This document shows, piece by piece, positions 46,669 through 57,374 of a stretch of 64,000 nucleotides of DNA. Positions within the stretch are counted from its first letter, which is position 1. Each line of letters starts with the position of its first letter. Position numbers and translations under genes: made by a program. The notes beneath the pieces are model-generated. The model was not told the DNA's origin, did no database searches, and was given only the letters and a program-made list of their open reading frames with translations. This stretch comes from Firmicutes bacterium HGW-Firmicutes-9 (GTDB lineage: Bacteria > Bacillota > Clostridia > Christensenellales > CAG-138): positions 576,459-640,458 of the forward strand of contig PGZM01000002.1 of NCBI GenBank assembly GCA_002841395.1, written 5' to 3'.

Positions 46669-48954
46669 ATGGTAGTTGGAAAAAGCGTCAAACGAGTCGA
46701 CGCAATCGACAAAGTAACCGGCAAAGCCCGTTATACGGACGACCTTGCCGACAAGAGCGCACTCATCGTAAAAATCTACCACTCGACCATTGCGCACGGC
46801 ATGGTCACATCCATCGACACCTCGGCTGCGGAAGCGATTCCCGGCGTGGTCAAAGTGTTGACTTGCTTTGACGTGCCCGATCGCCCGTTCCCGACAGCGG
46901 GACATCCGTGGTCGATCGACCCGCATCATCAGGACGTTGCGGATCGACTGCTGCTGAACAAGCATGTGCGCTACTATGGGGACGACGTCGCCGTGGTCAT
47001 CGCGGAGGACGAAGTTGCCGCGGATCAGGGCTTGCGCGCACTCAAGGTGGAGTATGAAGAACTCCCCTTTGTGCTCGACGTGCAGGAAGCCATGAAGGAC
47101 GGCGCACCACAGCTGCATGAGAACTTCAAGAACAACATTCTGGGACGCACAAACTACGAAATCGGTAATTTCGAAGAAGCGATTCAGGAACCCGGTCTTG
47201 TGAAGATCGAGGGCTGGTACAACACGCCCGTCGTACAGCATTGCCACATCGAAAACCACATCTGCTACGCCGAAGAACAGGCCGGCAAGATCGTCATCGT
47301 CTCCAGCACGCAGATTCCGCACATCGTGCGCCGTATTTGCGGTCAGGCGTTGGGTCTGCCCTGGGGCAGCGTAAGGCTGATCAAGCCCTACATCGGCGGC
47401 GGATTCGGCAACAAGCAGGACGCGCTGTATGAACCGCTCTGCGGCTATTGCTGCCAGATGGTCGGCGGCAGGCTCGTCAAGCTCGACGTCAGCCGTGAGG
47501 AGACCTTCATCAGCAACCGCGTGCGCCACGCGATTCGCTACCACATCGTCACCTACGCCCGTCCGGATGGACGGTTCGTCGCGCGCCAGATGGAAGCGTA
47601 TTCCAATCAGGGCGGCTACGCGAGCCACGGCCACGGCATCTGCGCCAAGGGCGCAGGCGCGTTTAAGCAGATCTACGTCGACGAAAAGGCCACAAAGGTT
47701 GACGCATACACCGTGTTCACCAACCTGCCCGCGGCGGGCGCAATGCGCGCCTACGGCATCCCGCAGGTTTCGTTCGCGATCGAAAGCAGCGTGGAAGACG
47801 CGGCAAAGGTGCTCGGCATCGACTCCATCAAGCTGCGCGAGATGAACATGATGCCCGTCGGCTATGTCGACGCGTTCTCTAAGAACTGCAACTACTTCGA
47901 TAGCCTGAATCAATGTATCGCCAAAGGCAAAGCATACTTGGATTACGACCGTCTGCACGCGGAATATGCAAAGCAGACAGGCCCCATCCGCCGCGGCGTC
48001 GGCATGGCGATCTTCTGGTATAACACCGCCGTCTGGCCCATCGCACTGGAAGCCAGCAGCTGCCGCATGCTCATGAATCAGGATGGTTCGGTACAGCTGC
48101 ATATCTGCGAAACCGAGATCGGCCAGGGCGCGGATACCGTATTTGCGCAGATGGTCGCAGACACCGTCGGCATTCCGATGGAAAAGGTGCATGTCGTCTC
48201 CACGCAGGACACCGACATCACTCCGTTCGGCACAAGCGCATACGCCTCCCGCCAGACGTACGTTGCAGGATTCGCGATCCACAACATCGGCACCCAGCTG
48301 AAAAACAAGCTACTCAACTACGCCTCCTACCTCACCGGCAAGCCTTCGGAAGAGATCGACATCGTCGAAGGCCGTGTAGTCGACAAGTCGAGCGGAGAAC
48401 TTCTGATGAGCATTGAAGAGCTTGCGACCACCGCGCTCTATTCCACAGAGCAGGCGGAGCAGTTCAGCGCAGAGGGCACCACGCAGATCAAGAGCAACGC
48501 CTATTCCTTCGGCTGTGGCTTTGTCGAGGTCGAGGTAGATATCCCCATGTGCAAGGTCAAGCTCCTTCGCATGATCAACGTGCACGATTGCGGTCGGCTC
48601 ATCAACCCGCAGCTTGCGGAAGCGCAGGTGCACGGCGGCATGAGCATGGCCATCGGCTATGGCATGGGTGAGCAACTGCTGTTTGACCCCAAGACGGGCA
48701 GACCGCTGAACAACAACCTCTTAGACTACAAACTCAGCACCACAATGGATCATTGCGATCTCAAAGCCGAGTTTGTTGAAAACTTTGAGCCCACCAGCCC
48801 CTTTGGCACCAAGGCGCTCGGCGAACCGCCGGCATGCCCCGGCGCGCCCGCCATCCGCAACGCGATTCTCAACGCAACAGGCGTTGCCGTGAACCAGACA
48901 CCCATGACGCCGCATATCCTCTTTGAGCGTTTCAAAGAGGAAGGCTTACTGTAA
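46669..48954 (+). CDS. xdhA: Xanthine dehydrogenase molybdenum-binding subunit
   Basis: GGGFGNKQ, AMRAYG, EIGQG, QVHGG and KALGE; AGGAGG RBS. Confidence 0.9.
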   Translation: MVVGKSVKRVDAIDKVTGKARYTDDLADKSALIVKIYHSTIAHGMVTSIDTSAAEAIPGVVKVLTCFDVPDRPFPTAGHPWSIDPHHQDVADRLLLNKHVRYYGDDVAVVIAEDEVAADQGLRALKVEYEELPFVLDVQEAMKDGAPQLHENFKNNILGRTNYEIGNFEEAIQEPGLVKIEGWYNTPVVQHCHIENHICYAEEQAGKIVIVSSTQIPHIVRRICGQALGLPWGSVRLIKPYIGGGFGNKQDALYEPLCGYCCQMVGGRLVKLDVSREETFISNRVRHAIRYHIVTYARPDGRFVARQMEAYSNQGGYASHGHGICAKGAGAFKQIYVDEKATKVDAYTVFTNLPAAGAMRAYGIPQVSFAIESSVEDAAKVLGIDSIKLREMNMMPVGYVDAFSKNCNYFDSLNQCIAKGKAYLDYDRLHAEYAKQTGPIRRGVGMAIFWYNTAVWPIALEASSCRMLMNQDGSVQLHICETEIGQGADTVFAQMVADTVGIPMEKVHVVSTQDTDITPFGTSAYASRQTYVAGFAIHNIGTQLKNKLLNYASYLTGKPSEEIDIVEGRVVDKSSGELLMSIEELATTALYSTEQAEQFSAEGTTQIKSNAYSFGCGFVEVEVDIPMCKVKLLRMINVHDCGRLINPQLAEAQVHGGMSMAIGYGMGEQLLFDPKTGRPLNNNLLDYKLSTTMDHCDLKAEFVENFEPTSPFGTKALGEPPACPGAPAIRNAILNATGVAVNQTPMTPHILFERFKEEGLL

Positions 48955-48972
48955 GAAGGAGGGCTGACGACT

Positions 48973-49854
48973 ATGTATGATTTTTCCGCTTTATATGAGG
49001 CAACGAGCGTACAAAACGCCGTGGAACTCATGCAGGCGCATCCGTCGGCTGTTTTGATTGCAGGCGGCAGCGACGTTCTCATCAAAATGCGCGAAGGCAA
49101 GCTCGCAGGCACGGAGCTCATCAGCCTCTATAAGCTGGACGAGCTGCGCGAGGTCACCATGGATCCTGACGGCGCGCTGCGCATCGGACCCATGACAAGC
49201 TTTTCACACGCAACCAAAAGCCCGCTTTTGCAGCAGTATATGCCCGTGCTCGGCGAAGCAGCCGACACCGTGGGCGGTCCGCAGCTGAGAAACATCGGCA
49301 CGCTCGGCGGCAACATCTGCAACGGCGTGACCAGCGCGGACACCGCCTCCTCTCAGGTGGCGTATGACGCGATGCTGGAGATCACGGGACCAGCCGGCAT
49401 GCGCAAGATCAGCATCCACGACTTCTACAAAGGCGTCGGCAAGGTTGATCTGCAGCCGGGCGAACTGCTCACGGCGATCCTGATCCCCAAAGAAAGCTAC
49501 GAAAACTGCTACGGTTATTACATCAAGTACGCCATGCGCAACGCGATGGACATCGCGACCATCGGCTGCTCGGTCAACGTCGTGCTCAGCGCGGACAAGA
49601 AGACCATCGAGCGCATGCGAATCTCGTACGGCGTCGCAGGTCCGGTGCCGATGCGTGCACGTTCGGCGGAAGCTGCCGTCAACGGACAGCCCGTCAGCGA
49701 AGCAACCATCGAGCTTGTCGGCAATGCGGTGCTGAACGACGTCAACCCGCGCACCAGCTGGCGCGCGAGTGCGGATTTCCGCAAGCAGATCATCAGCGAG
49801 ACCGCCCGCCGTGGCTTACGCGCCGCGGTCGAGCGCGCAGGAGGTGTGTTCTAA
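48973..49854 (+). CDS. xdhB: Xanthine dehydrogenase FAD-binding subunit
   Basis: IAGGSD and QLRNIGTLGGN. Confidence 0.9.
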   Translation: MYDFSALYEATSVQNAVELMQAHPSAVLIAGGSDVLIKMREGKLAGTELISLYKLDELREVTMDPDGALRIGPMTSFSHATKSPLLQQYMPVLGEAADTVGGPQLRNIGTLGGNICNGVTSADTASSQVAYDAMLEITGPAGMRKISIHDFYKGVGKVDLQPGELLTAILIPKESYENCYGYYIKYAMRNAMDIATIGCSVNVVLSADKKTIERMRISYGVAGPVPMRARSAEAAVNGQPVSEATIELVGNAVLNDVNPRTSWRASADFRKQIISETARRGLRAAVERAGGVF

Positions 49855-49855
49855 T

Positions 49856-50338
49856 ATGGAAAAGAAACTCGTTAAATGCAACATCAACGGCAAGGATGTC
49901 GAAACGTATGTGGACGTCCGCGCGTCGCTGACAGACATGCTCCGCAACGACTATCGCCTCACCTCAGTCAAAAAGGGCTGTGAGGTCGGCGAATGCGGCG
50001 CCTGCAACGTCATCATCGACGGCGAATGCTATAACTCCTGCATCTACCTCGCGGTCTGGGCGGAAGGCAAACACATCCGCACACTGGAATCGTTGCTTGG
50101 CCCGAACGGAGAGCTTTCGGACATCCAGCAGGCGTTTGTGGACGAGGCTGCCGTTCAGTGCGGTTTCTGCACGCCGGGCTTCATCATGACGTCGGTAGAA
50201 ATCCTCGAATCCGGCAAGGAATACACCCGCGACGAACTCAGAAAACGCCTCTCCGGACATCTGTGCCGCTGCACGGGATATGAGAACATCATCAATGCCG
50301 TCGAGAACACGATGAAGAAGAGATTGGGCAAAGCATAA
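49856..50338 (+). CDS. xdhC: Xanthine dehydrogenase 2Fe-2S subunit
   Basis: GCEVGECGAC, QCGFCTPG and LCRCTGY. Confidence 0.9.
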   Translation: MEKKLVKCNINGKDVETYVDVRASLTDMLRNDYRLTSVKKGCEVGECGACNVIIDGECYNSCIYLAVWAEGKHIRTLESLLGPNGELSDIQQAFVDEAAVQCGFCTPGFIMTSVEILESGKEYTRDELRKRLSGHLCRCTGYENIINAVENTMKKRLGKA

Positions 50339-50505
50339 CCGCCTCGTTGCATAACATTGCAAAAAAATCTAATGGCTATGCGAAAAAAATAATTGCATTT
50401 CGTCGATGGTTACAGTAGCATAAAAAACAAACCATCTTCGCCGCCCGAAGCCGCGAAATCACGGTTTCGGGCGGTTTTATACTCACTCGAAAGGAAAACA
50501 CAATC

Positions 50506-51774
50506 ATGCGTTATTCGGATTTGGACAAGGCGGCGCTCCAGGCGGAGCTTTCCCGCGTGCAGCAGGACTACGAGGCGCTGCGCGGCTACAAACTCAACCT
50601 CAACCTCACCCGCGGCAAACCCGAAACCGCGCAGCTGGCGTTGGCGGACGATATGATTCGTACGCTGGACGACGGCAATTATGAAATCGACGGCATGGAC
50701 GCGCGCAACTACGGCGAGCTGGCGGGTCTTCCCTCCTGCCGCAAGCTGTTTGCCGATCTGCTGTTTTGCAAGCCGGAGGAAGTCATCCTCGGCAACAACG
50801 CAAGCCTGCAGCTGATGTATGACCTGATCGCAAAGGCGTACACGCACGGCCTCAAAAACAGTGTTCGTCCCTGGGCAAAGGAGGAAAAGATCAAGTTCCT
50901 CTGCCCCTTCCCCGGCTACGACCGCCATTTCAACGTCAGCAAAAGTTTCGGCATGGAACTCGTCCCTGTGCCCATGGACGAAAAAGGCCCCAAAATGGAC
51001 ATCGTCGAAGAACTGATCAAGGACGCGTCTGTCAAGGGTATGTGGTGCGTGCCGAAGTACAGTAACCCCGACGGCTACGTCTACCCGCTGGAAACCTGCC
51101 AGCGGATCGCTGCCATGAAGCCCGCCGCGCCCGATTTCGCGCTGATGTGGGATAACGCCTATTGCATCCACACCTTTGAGGGTGAGGATCTGCCGTTCCC
51201 GGATATGATCGGCCTCTGTCGCGAAGCGGGCAACCCCGACCTCGTGTATGAGTTTGCCTCCACCAGCAAGGTGACCTACGCCGGCGCGGGCGTCTCCTGC
51301 ATGGCGGCGAGCGTGGATAACATCAAGTATATCCTAGGTCTGATGACCTTCCAGACCATCGGCCCCAACAAGGTCAACGAGCTTATGCACGTCCGCTTCC
51401 TCAAAACCGCGGAGAACACACATGCGCACATGAAGAAGCACGCGGCGATCATGAAGCCAAAGTTTGACCTCGTTTGCGAAGCGCTCGAGAAAGAGATCGA
51501 TCCGCTTGAGATCGCGAGCTGGCACCGTCCCAAGGGCGGCTACTTTGTCAGCGTGAACCTGCTGCCCGGTACCGCCAAGCGCGTGGTCGCGCTCTGTAAG
51601 GAAGTCGGCGTAGCGCTCACGGGCGCAGGCGCAACCTATCCCGGCGGCGTTGACCCGCAGGACACCAACCTGCGCATCGCGCCTTCCTATCCGCCGCTTT
51701 CCGAGGTGAAAGCTGCAATGGAAGTCTTCTGCGTCGCAGTCAAGCTCGCAACGCTCGAAAAACTGCTGGCATAA
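50506..51774 (+). CDS. PLP-dependent aminotransferase (Rv3722c-like aspartate aminotransferase family)
   Basis: LNLTRGKP, GYDRHF, WDNAY, STSKVT and LRIAPS. Confidence 0.85.
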   Translation: MRYSDLDKAALQAELSRVQQDYEALRGYKLNLNLTRGKPETAQLALADDMIRTLDDGNYEIDGMDARNYGELAGLPSCRKLFADLLFCKPEEVILGNNASLQLMYDLIAKAYTHGLKNSVRPWAKEEKIKFLCPFPGYDRHFNVSKSFGMELVPVPMDEKGPKMDIVEELIKDASVKGMWCVPKYSNPDGYVYPLETCQRIAAMKPAAPDFALMWDNAYCIHTFEGEDLPFPDMIGLCREAGNPDLVYEFASTSKVTYAGAGVSCMAASVDNIKYILGLMTFQTIGPNKVNELMHVRFLKTAENTHAHMKKHAAIMKPKFDLVCEALEKEIDPLEIASWHRPKGGYFVSVNLLPGTAKRVVALCKEVGVALTGAGATYPGGVDPQDTNLRIAPSYPPLSEVKAAMEVFCVAVKLATLEKLLA

Positions 51775-51790
51775 CACACGCGAGCAACAC

Positions 51791-51826
51791 AAAACGCCGC
51801 TTCCGATTATTCGGAGGCGGCGTTTA
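51791..51826. terminator. Bidirectional terminator
   Basis: AAACGCCGCTTCCGA-TTAT-TCGGAGGCGGCGTTT. Confidence 0.85.
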
Positions 51827-51850
51827 TTGTTTGTTTTGCGTTGTCTGTTC

Positions 51851-52858
51851 TCAGGTATCAAACCCCATCTTGCGGTAGACCTTGCGAACGGTTTTGCGCG
51901 CTGTTGCCTGCGCGCGCTCCGCGCCAAGCTTCATGGTCTCGTTCAGGTAGGCTTTGTCCGACAGCAGTCTTGTATACTCGGTCTGAATCGGCTTGAGCGT
52001 CTCGATGATCGCGTCCGCGACGCCGCTCTTGAGATCGCCGTAGCCTTTACCTGCAAAGAACGCAGCGGAATCCTCGATGGTTCCGTTCGTGCAGGCAGAG
52101 TAGATCGAGAGTAGGTTGTAGATGCCCGCGCGTTCGGGGTTTGCCGTGATCTCGCCCTCGCTGTCCGTAACCGCGCGCTTTAGCTTTTTCACGATCACAT
52201 CCGGCTCGTCGAGGATGCGGACGTAGCCATTCGGATTCGGATCAGACTTGCTCATCTTCTTTTCCGGCTCCTGCAGGCTCATGATGCGCGCGCCGATTTT
52301 CGGAATGTACGGTTCGGGGATGACAAACGTTTCTCCGTACATATTATTGAAGCGGATTGCGATATCGCGCGTAAGCTCGACATGCTGCTTTTGATCCGCG
52401 CCGACAGGGATGTATTTCGCCTGATAGACCAGGATATCCGCCGCCATCAGCACAGGATAGGTGAAGAGTCCCGCATTGATATTGTCAGAGGTTTTCGCGC
52501 TCTTCTCCTTAAACTGCGTCATGCGCGAAAGCTCGCCCATGTAGGCGTTGCACATCAACGCCCAAGTAAGCTGGGTGTGTTCCGGCACATGGCTCTGCAC
52601 GAATACCGTCGAGCGCGCAGGATCGATGCCCGCGGCAAGAAACAGCGCAAAGGTTTCCACGCTGCGCCTGCGAAGCTCCGCCGGATCCATTTTGACCGTC
52701 TGCGCGTGCAAATTGGCAACCATGTAGTACGCGTCAAACTCGTCCTGCATGGTGGCCCAATTCTTCAGCGCGCCGAAATAATTGCCTATGGTAAGTACGC
52801 TCGTCGGCTGAATGCCGCTGAGTATTCCGGGTTTGGTTGTCGTTGCCGTCGTTTCCAT
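51851..52858 (-). CDS. trpS: Tryptophan--tRNA ligase
   Basis: SGIQPT..TIGN, YPVLMAADIL, VG.DQKQH and KMSKS. Confidence 0.96.
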   Translation of the reverse strand: METTATTTKPGILSGIQPTSVLTIGNYFGALKNWATMQDEFDAYYMVANLHAQTVKMDPAELRRRSVETFALFLAAGIDPARSTVFVQSHVPEHTQLTWALMCNAYMGELSRMTQFKEKSAKTSDNINAGLFTYPVLMAADILVYQAKYIPVGADQKQHVELTRDIAIRFNNMYGETFVIPEPYIPKIGARIMSLQEPEKKMSKSDPNPNGYVRILDEPDVIVKKLKRAVTDSEGEITANPERAGIYNLLSIYSACTNGTIEDSAAFFAGKGYGDLKSGVADAIIETLKPIQTEYTRLLSDKAYLNETMKLGAERAQATARKTVRKVYRKMGFDT

Positions 52859-52894
52859 GTTGTCTCCAAATTTCGCCGTAACCGACGATAGTAT

Positions 52895-52998
52895 TTCTTT
52901 CGCAAAGCGCGCCTTGCGGCGCGCCAGCGTCTATTCTGTGCCCGCCCGGCGGGCGGATACTTCATTCTTTCGCAAAGCGCGCCTTGCGGCGCGCCAGC
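52895..52998. repeat. Two perfect 34-bp direct repeats with a 36-bp spacer
   Basis: TTCTTTCGCAAAGCGCGCCTTGCGGCGCGCCAGC at 52895-52928 and 52965-52998. Confidence 0.9.
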
Positions 52999-53010
52999 TT
53001 TATAAAAGTA

Positions 53011-53343
53011 TTGAGCAAGAAATAAGCCGAGTTCTGTCGAGTGCGACCATCTATCTAAGGCCAATCGTTGCCGAGAGGCTCATGCGATTCCCGAGAGCGT
53101 AGCGAGCCGCTATTAAATGCTCCCATACCAATCTTGCACCGAGTGGGGTTTACAGCGCGCTTCCGTCGCCGGAGCGCGGGTGAGCTCTTACCTCGCCTTT
53201 CCATCCTTACCCGTTACCGGGCGGTTTCTTTCTGTTGCACTTTCCCTGGAGTCGCCTCCGCCGGGTGTTACCCGGCACTCTGCCCTGTGGTGCTCGGACT
53301 TTCCTCACCTGCTTGCGCGGGCGCGGTCGCCTTTCTTACTCAA
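53011..53343 (-). ncRNA. rnpB: RNase P RNA, bacterial class A
   Basis: Minus strand GAGGAAAGTCC, GAAAGTGCAACAGA, TAAACCCCAC and ACAGAACTCGGCTTA; terminal P1 pairing TTGAGTAAGAAA/TTTCTTGCTCAA. Confidence 0.95.
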
Positions 53344-53399
53344 ATCATGATTCAGTTTTCAATGTGGTCTCGTATCGCTTGCTAACGCAAAGCCAATAT

Positions 53400-54122
53400 T
53401 TAATCGTTGGTGTGATACAAAATTCTTCCGCAGTTCTCGCACTCAACGATGCCGTCTGTCGTTGCGATTTTTTTGAGCATCACCATCGGCAGAGACATGT
53501 TGCATCCGCCGCACTTGCTATTGACAATCTTTGCAATCGGCACCGCGTGATGCTGCTTGACCTGATTGTATCGTTCCAGCAAAACCGGATCGACGGTTTT
53601 ACTCAGCGAGGCCAGATTCTGATCGTGACGATCCAGCTCCGGTTGCCGTGCCTCCTTCTCCTCCTCGCACTGGACACGCAGCGCGTCATATTCCTTCTTC
53701 GCCTTGCTCGCGGAGCGGGCTGTGGTCTGATATTCTTCCGAGGCTTTCTCGATCTCGCCCAGCAGCGCCTTTGCTTCGCGCACGCCCTGCGATACTTCAC
53801 GGTTGAGCTTTTCGATGTCTCCCTTGAGCTCCGTCATCTCTTCCGCAGTGCTTTCGTCGTCCTGTTTTATGGTTACGAGCTCGCTGCTTTCCATCTGCAG
53901 TCTCTCTTCGAGCTTGCTCACCTGATCAGTGAGTTTCACAAGCTGTTGCTCGTATGATTCAATTTCTTCCGAAAGCTTGGTGATGACTGCCTGCTGACTT
54001 TTTAGCTGTTTATGCAGCTTCGCCAGCTGGAGTCTTGCGGGGGTACTGCGAATCTCATTCTCAACAGTACTCTTCGCGATCTCAGCTTCCTGATAGGACC
54101 ATAATGCTTCCATCTTTCTCAC
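53400..54122 (-). CDS. Coiled-coil protein with C4-type zinc ribbon (DUF164 family)
   Basis: Long coiled coil, then CGGC...CENCGRIL; GTG after GAGGAGG. Confidence 0.85.
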   Translation of the reverse strand: MRKMEALWSYQEAEIAKSTVENEIRSTPARLQLAKLHKQLKSQQAVITKLSEEIESYEQQLVKLTDQVSKLEERLQMESSELVTIKQDDESTAEEMTELKGDIEKLNREVSQGVREAKALLGEIEKASEEYQTTARSASKAKKEYDALRVQCEEEKEARQPELDRHDQNLASLSKTVDPVLLERYNQVKQHHAVPIAKIVNSKCGGCNMSLPMVMLKKIATTDGIVECENCGRILYHTND

Positions 54123-54135
54123 GGCATTTCCCTCC

Positions 54136-54897
54136 TCAAAGGCGCACAAACGGACTCCCGTCCGTACGCGATAACTTATATTGTACATCAAAACATTCGT
54201 ACTGTAAACGTTTCATCAGTGGTTCCAGTGCGATCGCCTCGGTTTCATAGTGCCCCGCGACAATCAGGCTTAGGCCAAGCATCTGGGCATCCAGCGCGTC
54301 GGAGTGTTTCAACTCGCCGGTGAGCAGCACATCTGCGCCCTGTGCCGCGGCTTGCGTGACAGAACTGCCTCCGCTGCCGCCCATCACCGCAACACGCGAG
54401 ATCGGTTTTTCCATCTCTCCTGAGATAGAAACGCGCGCATTTAGGCTCTGCTCCACGCGTTTTGCAAACGCCGCGAGCGTCTCCGTCGTTTTGAGTTGTC
54501 CGATGCGACCCACGCCTTCGTCAAACGGGATTGCCTCGCGGATGCCGAACATCTCGCATAGCGTTTCGTTCACGCCGCCGTGCGCCGCATCGAGATTGGT
54601 ATGCGCGGCAAACAAGCCAATGCCGTGCCGGAGCAATATACAGGCGGCCGCGGTCGCAGGATCGCTATAGGCGAGCTTGTTGACCGGATGAAAGAACAGC
54701 GGGTGATGCGTGAGCACCAGATCCGCGCCCCATTCTACCGCTTCCTCCGCGACAGCCTTTGTGCAGTCGAGCGCGACCAGCACGCGCGAAACCTCCGCAT
54801 GATCCGGTTCGATTAAAAGTCCGGGATTATCGAAGTCCAGCGCGAGCTCTTTCGGCGCGATCCGCTCCATCAGCGTGGTAAACTCGTTTATCTTCAT
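54136..54897 (-). CDS. Nif3-like dinuclear metal protein (YqfO/YbgI)
   Basis: DNPGL, THHP, AHTNLD, GGSG and GHYETE. Confidence 0.9.
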   Translation of the reverse strand: MKINEFTTLMERIAPKELALDFDNPGLLIEPDHAEVSRVLVALDCTKAVAEEAVEWGADLVLTHHPLFFHPVNKLAYSDPATAAACILLRHGIGLFAAHTNLDAAHGGVNETLCEMFGIREAIPFDEGVGRIGQLKTTETLAAFAKRVEQSLNARVSISGEMEKPISRVAVMGGSGGSSVTQAAAQGADVLLTGELKHSDALDAQMLGLSLIVAGHYETEAIALEPLMKRLQYECFDVQYKLSRTDGSPFVRL

Positions 54898-55601
54898 GGT
54901 TGTTTCTCCCAATACTGCAATATCTGTTCCAACTGCGCCGCAAGCTTCGTGAGCGCGTCTGCCTGCTGGGTTTTCAACTTCCGTCGTGTGGTGGCGAGCA
55001 TGCGCTCTGCAAGCGGCTTCATCAGCGGCTCGCGATGCGAAAACGCAGTATAGCCGAGCACAAAGCAATCTTCCGGCCAGCCTTCCGGCAACTCTTGCCG
55101 TTTATCCTGCTGCTGCCCGACCGAGAAAATCTGATAGTGCCTTCCCGCATCGAGTACGACGCGATCGTCCAGAACCGGATAATTTCGATCATAGAGCCAC
55201 TTGCGGATATCGTCCGGCGCGCGCATCGGCTGCAACACAGCTTTTGTCGCGCCCATGAGCGGCGGAATAACATCCAGAATCTCGTTCATCAGTGTGCCGC
55301 CCATGCCGAGGATGGCGAGCGCGTCTGCCTCATATGCAACGAGCGGTTTGAGTCCGTCGCCGAGGCGTGTTTCGATGCGGTCTTCCGCGCCGATCTGTCG
55401 CGCCAATCGCTCCGCTTTCTTCAAGGAAGGCTCGCTGATGTCGATTGCGATACAGTGTTGCGCAAGATTACGTTGAATCAGCGCGCAACTCAGCCGCCCG
55501 TGGTCACATCCCACGTCCGCGACCACACGCGCGCCGGAAAGAAGCTCAATTGCGCATTCCAACCGCTCCCGCGGATGAATCCTCTGACCATCATAGTGCA
55601 T
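54894..55601 (-). CDS. trmK: tRNA (adenine22-N1)-methyltransferase
   Basis: ADVGCDHG, RLGDGL, ILGMGG and VLQP. Confidence 0.85.
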   Translation of the reverse strand: MHYDGQRIHPRERLECAIELLSGARVVADVGCDHGRLSCALIQRNLAQHCIAIDISEPSLKKAERLARQIGAEDRIETRLGDGLKPLVAYEADALAILGMGGTLMNEILDVIPPLMGATKAVLQPMRAPDDIRKWLYDRNYPVLDDRVVLDAGRHYQIFSVGQQQDKRQELPEGWPEDCFVLGYTAFSHREPLMKPLAERMLATTRRKLKTQQADALTKLAAQLEQILQYWEKQP

Positions 55602-55696
55602 ATGTACTTATTATAAAAAACAATCTGTCAAATTGCAAACAAGCTACCATCCTGCATTGTGTCTTTTATGCAAAAACGTTAACATTTCTGTCGCGC

Positions 55697-55722
55697 AAAA
55701 AACGCCGGAACTCCGGCGTTTT
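55697..55722 (-). terminator. Terminator after mnmA
   Basis: AAAACGCCGGA-AC-TCCGGCGTTTT. Confidence 0.8.
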
Positions 55723-55739
55723 GAAAGATTGCTTCGCTG

Positions 55740-56885
<1,146 letters not shown>

Positions 56886-57101
56886 TTAGTCCGCCAGAAC
56901 GGTGGTGAGCATGTATCCTTCGTCCTCGAGTACGGCGCCTGCCGTCTTGAGTACGGTAGAGGGGTTCATGTCAGATTTGATCTTCGCATCGCCCATGTCT
57001 ACGGAAACGACCTCGAAGCCGGACTCCTTGAGAATTCTCGTCACCTTGTTCACGCAATGTGTGCAACCCATGCCGTCAATTTTCAGCCGATATGTATTCA
57101 T
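56886..57101 (-). CDS. Heavy-metal-associated (HMA/CopZ-like) protein
   Basis: GMGCTHC motif; 71 aa; AAGGAGG RBS. Confidence 0.8.
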   Translation of the reverse strand: MNTYRLKIDGMGCTHCVNKVTRILKESGFEVVSVDMGDAKIKSDMNPSTVLKTAGAVLEDEGYMLTTVLAD

Positions 57102-57309
57102 GAAACCTACCTCCTTGTGTTTGATTTTATGCTACCATACGTGCGCCTGTCGGTTCGATGACTTTGTCACATATCTGTCGATACAACTGTAAGTCACAAA
57201 CGCAGCAGTTCATTTTTGCATAAGTATAGTTTCGACTCGTGTGTAAAATCTCCTGCTTTTTTCCGGCGCAGGCACGCGCGAATAAACATTCGTCAAACGC
57301 CTGTGCGCC

Positions 57310-57339
57310 TTGACAAATCAGCCGTTTTCCTGCGATAAT
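57310..57339 (+). promoter_or_regulatory. Sigma-A promoter of glyQS
   Basis: TTGACA-18-GATAAT with TG extension, about 35 nt before the ATG. Confidence 0.65.
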
Positions 57340-57374
57340 ATGCGTTGACTGACGAATAAGGAGCATAACAAAAC

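Noticed and set aside
46669-50338. Selenocysteine recoding in the xdh genes
   Set aside because: All three ORFs are intact, with no in-frame TGA.
52895-52998. CRISPR array call for the 34-bp repeats
   Set aside because: Only two repeats, a self-complementary spacer, no AT-rich leader and no cas genes in the window; reported as a repeat only.
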